Assembly: GCA_946965045.2 (NCBI GenBank) | Contig: OX337239.1 | Coordinates: forward strand, 1,798,001-1,862,000 | Direction of reading: 5' to 3' | Length of the DNA: 64,000 nt | DNA from: Epithemia pelagica | Lineage: Eukaryota; Protista; Bacillariophyta | Shown: positions 1-11,533 of the stretch, piece by piece | Layout: each line of letters starts with the position of its first letter | How positions within the stretch are numbered: position 1 is the first letter of the stretch | Notes under the pieces: generated by a model | What the model saw: only the letters and a program-made list of their open reading frames with translations | Told to the model about the DNA's origin: nothing | Databases searched by the model: none | Made by a program: the position numbers and the translations under genes

Positions 1-114
1 TCGCCCTTGAGTGAAGCTATATAGTTAAATAAGATGAGATAAGAAACGAAATGATTCGTTTCATGTCAAGAGAGCGTGGATGAAAACGCACGCAGAACGA
101 AAAGGTGTACCTGG

Positions 115-3100
115 CTATGGCACCGAAAGGGACATGCGGATCATGTATTTCTCAATGGAGGATTGCTGAAAGTGCAGAATACGAAAAAAACGTTTGACTC
201 CGCGAGAGCCTTCAGAACGTTCCAGTTGAATTAAGGAGGTGGACAAAATCAGTTGACTCAGGCGCTCCGTCACAAGCTCCAGCGTGGCCTGTTGGGCTTC
301 AAAAAGTAGCAAACGAAATCTGTCTTCCTCTTGAATACTAGGTTCGACCTTGTCCTCGTCATTGAACGAACTACTATCCTCCGGTTGCCCAGTCCCTGTT
401 TGGGCCCATCGAGCAATGTATGAATTCTTCAGGAAATTTCTTGATCGGGCAAGAATAAGGACGCACGATTCCAAGCTTTCAATAACCTCCTCACTTGTAT
501 AACCAATTCGGTCCCACCACAAGGACAAGTGTTCATCTTCAGTGCCTCTACTACCAAGCTGTTTTGCTCTGCCCCTAAGGAACAGCTCTGCTTCGTCGTG
601 CGCTTGATACCGATCCAGAAAAAAGAGAGCGCGTCGTTCCCTTTCATTTTCGGCGGAAGAAACAGGGTCGTAGTGATTGCATGTGTGCGGTTCGTTGTGC
701 GACATGAGGGGAGACAAGCAAAGCCAGCAATAGTCGGTCCCACACTGTGTGCATTTCATATGGTTGCATCCTTCATTCTTTTCCACTGGCACTTGACATG
801 TGGGGCAGGGCTTGGAATTCTTTTGGATCCAAAAGGAAGATTGTGCCACAACTTGGTTCCACATTTGCAACTCATCGCAAGCCGCGGGAAGGTGAGGTTG
901 TTCTCCACAGCCAAAGCAAAAGGATGTCTCACACCTAGAGCATACCACATTCAATGATTTTTCCTTGTTGTGTGTTGCTGAATGGATAATCATTGTACAA
1001 TCGGGCCCAGGACATTGTCGATGGCAGTCATCCATTTCCACAAATTGTGCCAAGAGCGACTGGTTCCATGACATAGACAAATCTGTTCTATCCAGAGCCC
1101 GCAATGTTCGTGGCCCTATGCGCATGTTACAGTTATGTTGTGGACACGTTGCCCGTATCAGTGGCATTTCCTGATGTGCGGCATCCAAATACGAGTGCCA
1201 ACATGGTCGGCAAAATCGATGTTGACAACCCGGATGGGCGAAAGTGTCGTGGAAAGAAAATTCGTCACAACAAACTTGACATTGGAACATGACGGGCTCC
1301 TTACTGTCATCGTTGAAGTTTGTTTCCACATCTTGTTCAGGAGATATCATGATTCCAGAAGTTTCAAGAATCCTTTGAGGATCTCTGGTCAATACTTGGG
1401 TAGTAACTCGGTGTTGATCAAACCGGTACGCCGACAAGAGCAACAAACAAGTTTCCTCGGACAGGGGTAATGGGAAGCCTTGTTGCATTGCCTTTGTTCG
1501 TTCATGTAGTTTCTCTTCTAACCCCTTTAGTCCTCCGAAAGAGTCCATATCAAAAAACCTGAATGAATTATCCCGCGAGTTTCGTTGCCGATGTTCCCCA
1601 ATCCCCTTGTCATCAGAACCACCAAGGCCTCGGCATACTCGTTTGGCATCTCGTTGTACATTTTCATCCTCCCCAATGTCTTCTTCTTTTTCCGACGTCA
1701 TTGTTTGACTGGTACCATAGGCTAAGAAGCTGCAAATGTGAAAGGCCGCTTCTGGATCAACTGGTGCCACGAGAACTTCACACCATTGAATCACGGCGTG
1801 TAATGCCGATGCCACTGGCAGCTCGGTCATGGCCGCAACACTCAACAACGTAGGGAGCAGGGGTGCCAGGAAAGCTTCCCTCTCCTTCTTGCTAGCACTC
1901 ACATGTTGTGGAGAAGACAATACCCGTTGAAAAATCTCCAAGAGCACCGTTAGAGTTTCCTGCAAAGTCTCCTGTAGGTCTTGATGTTGTTCAAAAGTGG
2001 CACATTGAAATAATAGTTTGGCAAGGTCAAACAACCGTGAAGAAGAACTAAGTGATGACCGCGATGATACATGTGTGGCATTGGCAACATGATGACCCAC
2101 GTGGGCAATGATGCCATAGGCCAATTTGCGAGACTCCCGAGACGATTGCGAGTGCAACTTTTGCTGCAATTGTCTTGTACGGTGTCGTGCAAGCAACCGA
2201 TTGAGATCGTTACGACGATGCGAGGCCATTGGGACTCCTAATGGCACTGCTTCCTCTTCTCCTTGTCCTGGGCGTGCAAATGCAGCCATTCCTTCGTTGG
2301 CTTTGCTTTGTGGAATGGTCAGAAGCACAGATTGGGAAATTTCCATGCATTGCTCAAAGAAATCAGTCTTCCAATCTTCCCCCATAGTATCCCCACACGA
2401 TGACCACGCGACGCTCTTGTAGTTTGATATGGAGGGTCGTGAAATAGCATCCTTGCCATTAACTCCCGTCACAATAGGAGAAGAAGAAGATGTGCTTATC
2501 ATGTTGGCCAATGGGTGAATCAGGTGCAAGGCCCAATAAACATTGACTTGTCGAATGGCAGCCACCAGCCGTACGAGCAAGCGTGAGACAAAGGACGAGT
2601 ACTCATTCTTGCTGTATGTCGTCCGTTCAGTGTCTGGAGACGACTGCTTCTGTTCTGGTATAAAAAGATTGGATGACGACAAGCGTTGTTGGAGGTATTG
2701 AATGGCTCGGGCCGCCATGGATGGAGAGACCGACATACGAGACAACGTGGATGGACCAAGGGTTTCCATTCCTTGATGATTGTTGAATGGAGCTGTGGCA
2801 ATGGTCCCCAAGATGAGATTCCATCCAATGCAATCGACCCATCCATCCAAGACCGAATCTAACGTGGTGGCCGCCCAACCCGTCTCATGGTGTGGTGTTG
2901 ACGTGCCCAGTTTGGACTGTGCCTCGCTCCTCTGGACAGAGGGCATGCTTCTTGGCTCCATCGTGGCAGCGGTTACCGTTTCTCGTAGGACCGTCATGGC
3001 GCGATGGTCTCCTAGAATCAGACGAAACAAAGCCCACACAAGAGGGAGGGTTTTCCCTTCGTGAGATTGTTCTTGTTGTTCCAACCAGGAATCCGCAATT

Positions 3101-4554
3101 TTGCCGTGTACAGTTTCGTGAGAATGGGATGTGACAATGGCCAATAGAAAAGCTTGCAAGAGGGGAAGTGTCTGTAAGGCATGTTGTAGGACTTTGGCCT
3201 TCCATTGTCGCCAAACAATGACCCGCTCGCTAGAACGTTGACTGTGGGCAGCAGCATGAATATGATTGGGTACTTTTTGTAGTCGATCCAATCCATGGCG
3301 CGACAAACCCGTGGATGAATGGTTCGCGAGCGTATAGTAGTCCGCATCGGGTTGATACAAGATAAAATCCATCCAAAGATGAAAGGTTCCACGGGGAAAC
3401 TCAGGTTCCCCAGCGGTAATTGTTGTGGTTGGTGGATCCCTTTGGTTCCTGGTGGTAAGTGTTTTGGGTGTCGTCCTCGTGGTGTTGCCGGCCCCCAGAA
3501 AAGAGGACGGAAGAGGCTTGACACTGCGAGTGCGACTGGGTGAATCATTGTCGGTTGTGGTATTCTTCAGAATTAAGAGTTGATCCAACAGGAGCCATCC
3601 AATCATTCGATCTTGTCCTTGTGCTAGCTCCCATTGTTGTTGAAGTGTCTGCAATGGAGGTTGTTCCTGGTGGTCGAGTCGAAGCGTCGGATTGACAAGA
3701 AGAGTTTCTTCAGGTTCTTCTTGCTGTTGCTGTTTCAGTATTCGTTGTTCTAGATCTTGAAGAGTGAAATAATGATTATTCTGAAATTGTTCGAGGTGGT
3801 CCATCAACAACTCGTGATGCGGTGTCAAAGACGAATCTATCAATGGCGTACTGTTGGATTTGGACGGATCCATCGGGTGAGGGGATTGAGGATATGACTT
3901 GGATGTTTGCGGTGGATGAGTACGATTCCACAAGTGCCGTAGATGAAAGCCAGCTTGCAAAAGTGTGAGTGTCATGGTTTGTGCCAAGGTAGTTTTCAAA
4001 TCTGGTAAGACACTGGCAACGGATTGAATCCACGAATGTGGTGGCACAGACACATGAGTTGTTACTGGGTCTTTCGTTGAGGATTCATTTTGGTATCGAG
4101 CAATGGCCAATCGAATCCGTTCCAAACAGTGAGATAAAATCCCCGTCAAATGAACTTGAATTTCACGATACATCGACTCTTGAGAAGGTTCCAAGTATGA
4201 CGAAGACGACAAGGTCAGGGTATTGTCATCCAACCGTCTCAACAAACGAGGGATCAATCCAGTCATGACCTGTTGCAGACGATCCAAATCGTCCAAGGGA
4301 ATTTGATGGGCCAAACGATTTCGGACACGAATCAAAGACGATACCGTCGCTTTCGCTTCTGTATCTGAGGTGTTTCTCGGCTTGTCCGGATCATCTCTCT
4401 CTTCTTTGTCACATCCTTCTTGTCTTTCGGGACGAGACGGATCCATGGATGTGGGAAGAACATTCTCCTCGTGACGGTTCCATGTTGTCGACGGCTTCAT
4501 GGTCGTTCTCAATCTTTTGGAGAGTGGAAGATGGGGTATTTTCTGCACCGCCAA
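115..4554 (-). CDS. Ecm29-like N-terminal HEAT region fused to Ariadne-type RBR E3 ubiquitin ligase
   Basis: Single 1479-aa ORF. The C-terminus has RING1 (CQVCCD..C.H.FC..CW..CP), IBR (CPGPDC..CSRC..FC..C..PH.P..C), RING2 ([25 protein letters not shown]) and an Ariadne-like helical tail. The N-terminus resembles Ecm29 by recalled alignment ([24 protein letters not shown]; [10 protein letters not shown]; RKLAYGII). Confidence 0.85.
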   Translation of the reverse strand: MAVQKIPHLPLSKRLRTTMKPSTTWNRHEENVLPTSMDPSRPERQEGCDKEERDDPDKPRNTSDTEAKATVSSLIRVRNRLAHQIPLDDLDRLQQVMTGLIPRLLRRLDDNTLTLSSSSYLEPSQESMYREIQVHLTGILSHCLERIRLAIARYQNESSTKDPVTTHVSVPPHSWIQSVASVLPDLKTTLAQTMTLTLLQAGFHLRHLWNRTHPPQTSKSYPQSPHPMDPSKSNSTPLIDSSLTPHHELLMDHLEQFQNNHYFTLQDLEQRILKQQQQEEPEETLLVNPTLRLDHQEQPPLQTLQQQWELAQGQDRMIGWLLLDQLLILKNTTTDNDSPSRTRSVKPLPSSFLGAGNTTRTTPKTLTTRNQRDPPTTTITAGEPEFPRGTFHLWMDFILYQPDADYYTLANHSSTGLSRHGLDRLQKVPNHIHAAAHSQRSSERVIVWRQWKAKVLQHALQTLPLLQAFLLAIVTSHSHETVHGKIADSWLEQQEQSHEGKTLPLVWALFRLILGDHRAMTVLRETVTAATMEPRSMPSVQRSEAQSKLGTSTPHHETGWAATTLDSVLDGWVDCIGWNLILGTIATAPFNNHQGMETLGPSTLSRMSVSPSMAARAIQYLQQRLSSSNLFIPEQKQSSPDTERTTYSKNEYSSFVSRLLVRLVAAIRQVNVYWALHLIHPLANMISTSSSSPIVTGVNGKDAISRPSISNYKSVAWSSCGDTMGEDWKTDFFEQCMEISQSVLLTIPQSKANEGMAAFARPGQGEEEAVPLGVPMASHRRNDLNRLLARHRTRQLQQKLHSQSSRESRKLAYGIIAHVGHHVANATHVSSRSSLSSSSRLFDLAKLLFQCATFEQHQDLQETLQETLTVLLEIFQRVLSSPQHVSASKKEREAFLAPLLPTLLSVAAMTELPVASALHAVIQWCEVLVAPVDPEAAFHICSFLAYGTSQTMTSEKEEDIGEDENVQRDAKRVCRGLGGSDDKGIGEHRQRNSRDNSFRFFDMDSFGGLKGLEEKLHERTKAMQQGFPLPLSEETCLLLLSAYRFDQHRVTTQVLTRDPQRILETSGIMISPEQDVETNFNDDSKEPVMFQCQVCCDEFSFHDTFAHPGCQHRFCRPCWHSYLDAAHQEMPLIRATCPQHNCNMRIGPRTLRALDRTDLSMSWNQSLLAQFVEMDDCHRQCPGPDCTMIIHSATHNKEKSLNVVCSRCETSFCFGCGEQPHLPAACDELQMWNQVVAQSSFWIQKNSKPCPTCQVPVEKNEGCNHMKCTQCGTDYCWLCLSPLMSHNEPHTCNHYDPVSSAENERERRALFFLDRYQAHDEAELFLRGRAKQLGSRGTEDEHLSLWWDRIGYTSEEVIESLESCVLILARSRNFLKNSYIARWAQTGTGQPEDSSSFNDEDKVEPSIQEEDRFRLLLFEAQQATLELVTERLSQLILSTSLIQLERSEGSRGVKRFFRILHFQQSSIEKYMIRMSLSVP

Positions 4555-4586
4555 TCATTAGCTTTTGGGTCCCGTTTTATGGAGCA

Positions 4587-4594
4587 TGACGTCA
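4587..4594. promoter_or_regulatory. TGACGTCA palindrome (CRE/bZIP-type site)
   Basis: Perfect 8-bp palindrome about 33 bp upstream of the RBR start codon, in a divergent intergenic region. Function is inferred. Confidence 0.3.
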
Positions 4595-5025
4595 CAAGAG
4601 CGTGACCGGTCGCGCTTGGGACGGTCATCGCATCGGTCATTGCGCCTTATGGGTTTGGGGGATGTCTCTTGGGTCTTGTCAAGACCAAGTTCGCCGTGAA
4701 ATACTCGTAGACGGGCGATGGCAATCCAAACTATAGTTTCATCCCAATTTGTAAATCCATTGGGGAACGATATCGATTGGGAGGATCGAACATTGTATCC
4801 TCTTATCCATCGAGCAAACATCCAAGTCATTCTCTGGTTGCAGAGGCTCGAAGTGAGTGGTCGTTTGTTTCAGGCTACCTATATATCATCGAAAGAAGAA
4901 GTTCAGCAACGGCAATCGTTCTGAAAGCCTTCTTCTTTGCGCACTCCAAGTCTTGGATCTAATTACAAACTACAAGCTTGAGACCTCTCGTGTGTCGGTC
5001 GGTCCCCCTTTGTTAGCAAGTCCAG

Positions 5026-5919
5026 TTGAAAAGTTATCCAAAAATGAGTAATTACGAAAACAAGTTGGCCTTGAACGCCGAAATTGTGGATCAGGGCCAT
5101 TCGGACGATGCGTCGGTGCGTGATTTGCCCAACAATGTCAGGGGTGGTGGAGTCATTCACAAGCCAGGCAGTCAGTTCCGAACCCAAACCGTAAATGCGA
5201 CACAGACGGAATGGAACATTGGCATGGCCGGTGGTGCTGGTCCGGGCGGCAGTTTTCAAGAAATGTGGCCCGAACACTTGCCCCGTCCGCCCTCTCGTCG
5301 CCGATTGCTAGACGAAGACGAAGCCAGTACAAGCAAAGGCGGTAGCGGTGGTGGTGGTCCACGTGTCATTGTCTTTAACGCCAATACGTACGAAGGATCC
5401 TCCATTGTTCGTGTCTTGGCCAATAAGGGCCTCAAGGTTGTAGCCGTCGTTCGTGTCCTTGTCAATCGCAATACCAAACGATTGACCAAACTCAAGAATG
5501 TGACCGTCAAGGTGGCCGATTTGAACAATATGGATGGTGTCATGGCGGCCGCCGAAGGATGTTCGTCGGCATTTTTGGTGACCAAATATTGGGAACGGTT
5601 CGAATCGCCCATTGAAGAAAACATGGCGCAGGTCGTCTTGCGAGCCTCGGCCGCTGTGGGGATTCAACGATTAATGTTGGCCACCTTTGAAGATACGGCC
5701 GGCTTGCGACGTCGCAATCGCAAGTCGCAACTCATCCCTACAGTCGATGGCCGTATCTTTCCCAAGTTTGAAGGCATGAATGCCATACAGCATTTGGCAC
5801 AAGAATTGGAGATTTCCGTCCAGCACATGTTCACCTCCTACTTTGACGATGGTGATAAGAAACGATCTCTAATCCTCATTCGGGGAGCCAATCAACGAAT
5901 TGTTGTACAAGATGGATAA
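5026..5919 (+). CDS. NmrA-like Rossmann-fold protein with degenerate dinucleotide-binding motif
   Basis: 297-aa ORF. RVIVFNANTYEGSSIVRVL..V.AVVR..VKVADL..AAEG...AFLVTKYWE matches the NmrA/HSCARG N-terminal half. Confidence 0.75.
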   Translation: MKSYPKMSNYENKLALNAEIVDQGHSDDASVRDLPNNVRGGGVIHKPGSQFRTQTVNATQTEWNIGMAGGAGPGGSFQEMWPEHLPRPPSRRRLLDEDEASTSKGGSGGGGPRVIVFNANTYEGSSIVRVLANKGLKVVAVVRVLVNRNTKRLTKLKNVTVKVADLNNMDGVMAAAEGCSSAFLVTKYWERFESPIEENMAQVVLRASAAVGIQRLMLATFEDTAGLRRRNRKSQLIPTVDGRIFPKFEGMNAIQHLAQELEISVQHMFTSYFDDGDKKRSLILIRGANQRIVVQDG

Positions 5920-6317
5920 GCGCAAGAGACCCTGCACCCACTGTTGGGGCATGCTTTGTGAATTGATTAGAATCTGTACTGCATCTCGATGCGTCTTTTG
6001 TCATTTTTTACTCTAGGATCATATAGTGTGAGCTTTCAATGGATACGATGATCCGCGAGGTACTTTGTTGTGCAAACGAATGGGGATAGGATGGAGCGAC
6101 GAGAATCTGCTTATGCCGCTCCAATAGAGTTTGCATTTGTTGACGGAGAACCAGCAAATGAACGATCCATCCAAACGCAAGGGAAACACTCCACTGTTGA
6201 CGTGCTCTCGGCTTTCGGAAAAGTGGACAAGCCTTATCTATCCTAGATACTGCAACCAGGAGCGTTGTCGTTTTGGTTCTCTACCTAGTCACTCCACTAC
6301 ATCATCCAAACATTTAC

Positions 6318-6370
6318 CACTTCGCGTGGAAATGTCGCGATAAACACTTCGCGTAGAAATGACGCGGTAA
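6318..6370. repeat. Two-copy 27-bp-period tandem repeat rich in CGCG
   Basis: CACTTCGCGTGGAAATGTCGCGATAA followed by CACTTCGCGTAGAAATGACGCGGTAA. Confidence 0.75.
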
Positions 6371-7594
6371 AGAATCAATCCTCAACTGTAGGGACTCTAC
6401 CATGTTATCAGGCACCAAGGACACCAAAGGTTTGTGATTGGCATCTACAGTTTGATCATTCGAGAATTGGGTCTTCCCATTGCAAGGCACTTTAGGTAAA
6501 CCATTGTTGGAGCTTTGTAACTGTCATGAGCTCGTATAAACGATTTCTTGAGAGAAGAAAATGACCTTTGGCGAATTGCAGAAATTCAACAGGAAACAAG
6601 TGATCGGGTCGGTGTTCCTGTTGCGTGTTGGAAGGAGATACCATACCAAGAATCTCCGTGTTGCCGTTCCAAGGAAAGCGTCATTCACAACGCTGCAACA
6701 CCGCAATTGTTGGTCATTCGTTTTGGTTTCCAAACTGACAAGTCTTGATAACAAGAGGAGCAACCCCACATGAGCATCGGGAAACATGTTGCGGGGGCAA
6801 ATGGAATGTGTTGTGATCCACGTTTCTCAGGGATGAATGATCCAACGTGTTTTGGAACGGGTAGAGCGTTTCGAAAATGAGAAAAAGAAAACAACAAACC
6901 ATTGCGACAGACAGGTCGTGCGTTGTACAACCATCGGAACGACCACGAACCGCTCACAACTCACAATGTGGTCGATCGAGGTACTGGATAGTGTCAGGTC
7001 TCGCTGCAGAAAAGACTGCAGAGTTTTAATGAGAATGGTTTTTGTGCGAGAGCTACCTGATCTTCTCTTGTGGCAGCGATGATGAGATTTAGTTGTGAAC
7101 CATGACCCGGACGAGGACATTGGGCTATTCTATATTGACCATGTCGAATTCCTTGCACATACGTAAACCTATTAAAGCCTTCGCTGGTCTAACGTATCTG
7201 CTCGTGAATATGCTATGGAAAGGGGTTAAATAAGATTTCAAATTCTAGTAAGGAAATGTTTGGGATCAGTCATTATAGAACCAATCAGTAGACAAAGTGG
7301 CAGCTAATCATGCCCCTACCAATCCGCACAATGGCTCTTTTCTATCAAATCGATGGAGCTAATGCCAGTTTGACCATCACACTTATTTGGTTTACTCACC
7401 GATGGGGGCTGGTTGGCAATTGCCCTTTGGATCCAACATCTGATCTCACAATCCGGCATCTCGAATCTCGGACACACATGCAGCGATTTATGCTGCTGCC
7501 ACACAACGAGACGATACTATTGTGTGCGAGGGACAGAAAGAGAGACGGGGAAAGAAAGATAAATTGTATACACGGTGACAGCAGCATCATCATC

Positions 7595-9274
7595 ATGTCC
7601 AGTAGAGCGTCTCGTCGAGCCTCTCTTTCTCGTTTTGGCTCGTTGCGGAATTTGGGACGCAACAAGAGCAATGGTAATAGCGGCTTTGTCTGTATGGACG
7701 ATGCGAGTGAAAACAGTGAACTTGGTGACAATGTATCTCTCTTGGCCTCTTCTTCTCCTCGACGGGGGAGCGGCAGAAAACACATGAGCGGTCGAGACTT
7801 GATGATGGGCATGTCACCGTTGAACTTGAAACAAAAGCTGAATCACAGCAGCCGAGATTTGATGATGAGTGGAGGGGCATCTCTTCCGTCGGCCAACAAG
7901 CAGAAACTGCCTCAAATCAGCACCAGCAGTAGCAGTATTCGGTCGGAAGATGCGGAACCGGTTCCTACCATGGAAAAAAGAGGAACCAAGAGTTCCTCCA
8001 ATCACAGCAAAGGAAGTAGTAGTCGACGTTCTCGAACTATCAAGAACAACCACAAACCACCCAAACCTCCCTTACCGGAGCAGGCACCAAAGGTTCGTGG
8101 GAGTGGAGAGTCGTCTTCCGACTCTCGCCGTGGTGGACGGCCTCCCCTCTTGAAAAAGCAAAAGAGTGCCTCTTCCTTACTCTCCCTCTCGCGCAAACAA
8201 GCACGCCGTTCCTCAACAGGAGATGGAGGAGGAGGAGAAGCGGGATCGAGCAGCAAACACAGAAGCCGAAGGCAACATAGCCCCGATCGAAGCGTTCAAA
8301 GCAAGAAATCCACTGGTGGAGGAAAATCCTCCAAGTCCGGACGAGGGCGGTTTGGATCACCCTTGCGCCGAAACGAATCTCGTTCGTCGTCTGGAGAGTC
8401 CTCGAGAAAAGGCTCTCCCCTTCGCCGCACCGAGTCTCGTCGTGGTCTATTGGGAAAGAAATCAAGAAGTATTCGTGGAAGCAAGGCCTTTTTGCAAATG
8501 GATGACAGCAGTGAATGTGAACTGAGTATCGACCAAAAAGAGAATATCAAACAAGAAGATGGCGGATCCGATCCAACTTGTCTCTTGGTTGATGATGATG
8601 AGGAAGAAAATCGAGACGAGGAACAGCATCACTCTCAAGACGAACCATACAAGCACCATTCGCCCCGAAAACAGCCACATCCGCAATCGCGCTCACAACC
8701 GTTGGAGGAGCCCAGTGAAGCAGACATGCAAGAGGTGAAAGATATACACGATTTTCATATTTCTTCGTCCGACATTTTGCATCATGCCCAATTCTCACCC
8801 CAAGCTGCCCTTCGTGGTACGAACGCGAGTGGCCGAATCTTGTCTGCTTCGTGTTCGGCCTTGAATTTTGATATTTCCACCCTCCCACCACCCACCCCTC
8901 CCACACCTGTTCGTCCAGAAGTGTCTCCCGAGCAGGACCGACCGTTGCCTCCTCCCACACCGCCCTCTCCCCGCCGAGAACGACCACCCAGACCATCGCT
9001 GTCGGCATCTGCCATTCCTTCCTCTGCCTCCCCTGAAAGTCGAGAAAGTCGAGCCGCAATGTTGCAGCGAAGTCGCTCCACCAACCATGTCTTGAACAAT
9101 GGTTCTTCTTCGTCTCGTCGGAATTTGCTAGCTTCCAGAAAAACTGCTAGCTACAATGGTCCCTCCCGATCATCGGCGGCAGGATCCTCTTGTATCGCAC
9201 AACGGGGATTGGAACGATCGACCTCTAGTCGCAGCAAAAATGGTCGAAGAGTGCCCAATTTGACCGTCCATTAA
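7595..9274 (+). CDS. Ser/Arg/Pro-rich low-complexity hypothetical protein
   Basis: The ORF is open from 7310. The likely ATG is MSSRASRRAS at 7595. No recognisable domain; disordered composition. Confidence 0.7.
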   Translation: MSSRASRRASLSRFGSLRNLGRNKSNGNSGFVCMDDASENSELGDNVSLLASSSPRRGSGRKHMSGRDLMMGMSPLNLKQKLNHSSRDLMMSGGASLPSANKQKLPQISTSSSSIRSEDAEPVPTMEKRGTKSSSNHSKGSSSRRSRTIKNNHKPPKPPLPEQAPKVRGSGESSSDSRRGGRPPLLKKQKSASSLLSLSRKQARRSSTGDGGGGEAGSSSKHRSRRQHSPDRSVQSKKSTGGGKSSKSGRGRFGSPLRRNESRSSSGESSRKGSPLRRTESRRGLLGKKSRSIRGSKAFLQMDDSSECELSIDQKENIKQEDGGSDPTCLLVDDDEEENRDEEQHHSQDEPYKHHSPRKQPHPQSRSQPLEEPSEADMQEVKDIHDFHISSSDILHHAQFSPQAALRGTNASGRILSASCSALNFDISTLPPPTPPTPVRPEVSPEQDRPLPPPTPPSPRRERPPRPSLSASAIPSSASPESRESRAAMLQRSRSTNHVLNNGSSSSRRNLLASRKTASYNGPSRSSAAGSSCIAQRGLERSTSSRSKNGRRVPNLTVH

Positions 9275-10185
9275 CACCATCACCGACTCTGGCTCTCTCT
9301 CGAGCAATAACCAAACAAGCTCCAGAGATGACATTCGTTGCGCGCACAAATATTCACCACATCTACTCATTAATCGTTATTATTATTGTCATCATATATT
9401 GCTGGTCCCCACGCACCGTTTTCCGAAGGAATGGCAAGCTTGATAGTAGAAAGAAAGCTTGAACCATCTGCGGTCAGTGCGCTTCTATGTCATGGTCTCT
9501 TACAGCCTGACTTTTCGTAATGCTCGATACGTTTCAGTCGTTAAATCTTTTATTTGAAATTCCGGTTTGTTTAGACGACTACCAAAAATGGCATATCGTG
9601 GTTCTCTGACTGATACTTCCATGCACTGAACTACTGTCGCTGAAATAGGGCCAGTTCTATTTGGTTATGTACCATAGAAACTGAAAAGCGAGTAAGCAAC
9701 AAAAATATCTCTAGGAGTTTCAAACTTTTCATCTCATCACATTCCATTGGAGAATGTAACTACGGAACACCAAGATGATGAAACATGACCATTACTTGTG
9801 GTTTCGTCATGCTGTCGTGATACAAGATATATGTTGGCATCAAGATATTCGTCCTATTTCAGGTGTCCTGAAGTTATCGTCATGATATATGGAAGATAAA
9901 GGCACCGTCGCCATTAAGCTAGGAGTAGGTAGAATAAATCTCTAGCGTCCGTCCGGTTAACTCATCGTTTTGTGGCCCCAGCTCAAAGATGCCACCGCGG
10001 GAAACTTCGTCGGACTCGCGGATCGCGGACGCCAATAATTAACCTTACATAAACGGGGGCATGGGCATGACATCACGCCGGACATTACATCGACCGGCGA
10101 TCCGAGATTCAATGACGTACGACGCACGTGCACCAAGAAGATATGAAAAAATGAGATCCAGAATCCAGAATCCAGACCTCTGACC

Positions 10186-11214
10186 ATGTCGTTCCTTGGG
10201 CAGTTGCGTACGATCTGTCATCACCGTCGAACACATAAAGTATTGATATCACTGGGCGCCTTGGCTGCGTTCACTTCCACGACCACCTTGGTCGTTTCTT
10301 GCTGGCAACCGCAAACATCACGTCAACCATCACGAACGCCAACAGTTCGAATTGCACGGACAAATCGAAGAAGCCGATATCTCTTGGACTCTCTCGAGTC
10401 AATGGAAGCATCCAAAGACAACCCCGAGACAATCCTGCCATGCTCCCAAAGAACGAGCATATCTCCGAATTTGAACATCTCACAATGTCAACCGGCAAAC
10501 GACACCGCACAAACCAAGGCACATTTGGCCCAGACACTGGCAGGCAATGGAGAATTGGAGTCACCCATACGGCGTAAGTTTGACTTTCTTGGAGAAAATG
10601 GCTTGTTGTTCGAAGAAATGCGAATTCCGAATCGAGCGGAATCGGAAAATCACGCCGTCTATGGGACGTTAATGAGAGAACCAGGTCATTTAGAAGAACT
10701 CCGCATCTATCGTCGTCTGTTCCATGACCCTAGCAACCAAACAACTCCATTGCCCATTCCGTCGGCCAATCATGTGGAAAGCGTGGATGAGCGTCGATCA
10801 ATCCGTGGTACGGAGCCAACAGTGAACAAGACGTCCGCCGAAATTCCATTGGTTGTAGCCGTGGTACGCCTTGGACCTAAATTGGATGGTCATGAGGGCA
10901 TTGTCCATGGAGGAGTGACGGCCTTGCTTGTGGATGATGTGTTGGGTTTTGCCTATGAAGCGATTCCTGTAGAAATGGCCATGACGGCAAATCTAAACCT
11001 CAACTTTCGTCGTCCCTTGCTGCCACATACACCGTTTTTGATTCAAACCTTTCTGTTGGAACATGTGGGACGTAAATTGGTCTTTACCGTACGTGTGACA
11101 TCGGTCGACAACAACACGTTGTTTTGTGAAGGCACGAGTGTCTACGTGGTTCCAAAAACAGAATCAAGTCCGCCACGCAAACAAGTGGTACGCGAGATGT
11201 CAGCTAAACTTTGA
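10186..11214 (+). CDS. Hotdog-fold acyl-CoA thioesterase (PaaI/THEM4-like), possibly mitochondrial
   Basis: Motif LDGHEGIVHGGVTALLVDDVLG..AMTANLNLNFRRPL; basic/hydroxylated N-terminal leader. Confidence 0.9.
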   Translation: MSFLGQLRTICHHRRTHKVLISLGALAAFTSTTTLVVSCWQPQTSRQPSRTPTVRIARTNRRSRYLLDSLESMEASKDNPETILPCSQRTSISPNLNISQCQPANDTAQTKAHLAQTLAGNGELESPIRRKFDFLGENGLLFEEMRIPNRAESENHAVYGTLMREPGHLEELRIYRRLFHDPSNQTTPLPIPSANHVESVDERRSIRGTEPTVNKTSAEIPLVVAVVRLGPKLDGHEGIVHGGVTALLVDDVLGFAYEAIPVEMAMTANLNLNFRRPLLPHTPFLIQTFLLEHVGRKLVFTVRVTSVDNNTLFCEGTSVYVVPKTESSPPRKQVVREMSAKL

Positions 11215-11533
11215 CCCATTGAAATCCACGTGCTTTGGAAATTTCCTTCTAAAAACTAGGACCTTTGTCAGCTTGCCGAGGACAGCTTATATGTGACTTG
11301 TTCGCACTATAGGTGTTACATCTTTCGTCCGCTATTATGGACGAATCTTTCCAAGCCCTGTGAATGTCAACGGACTATATCTGCATCAGCAGAGAGAACT
11401 GCTTATGATATGTCTCTTCACACTATTCAATTGGTGTCACGTGCGCATCTCGGGAAGCCTTTTCCACGATTTATATCGTCGCGGCAGATAAGTATGATCC
11501 CCAAGGATCAAGGGTGGCTCCCACAATCTCAAA

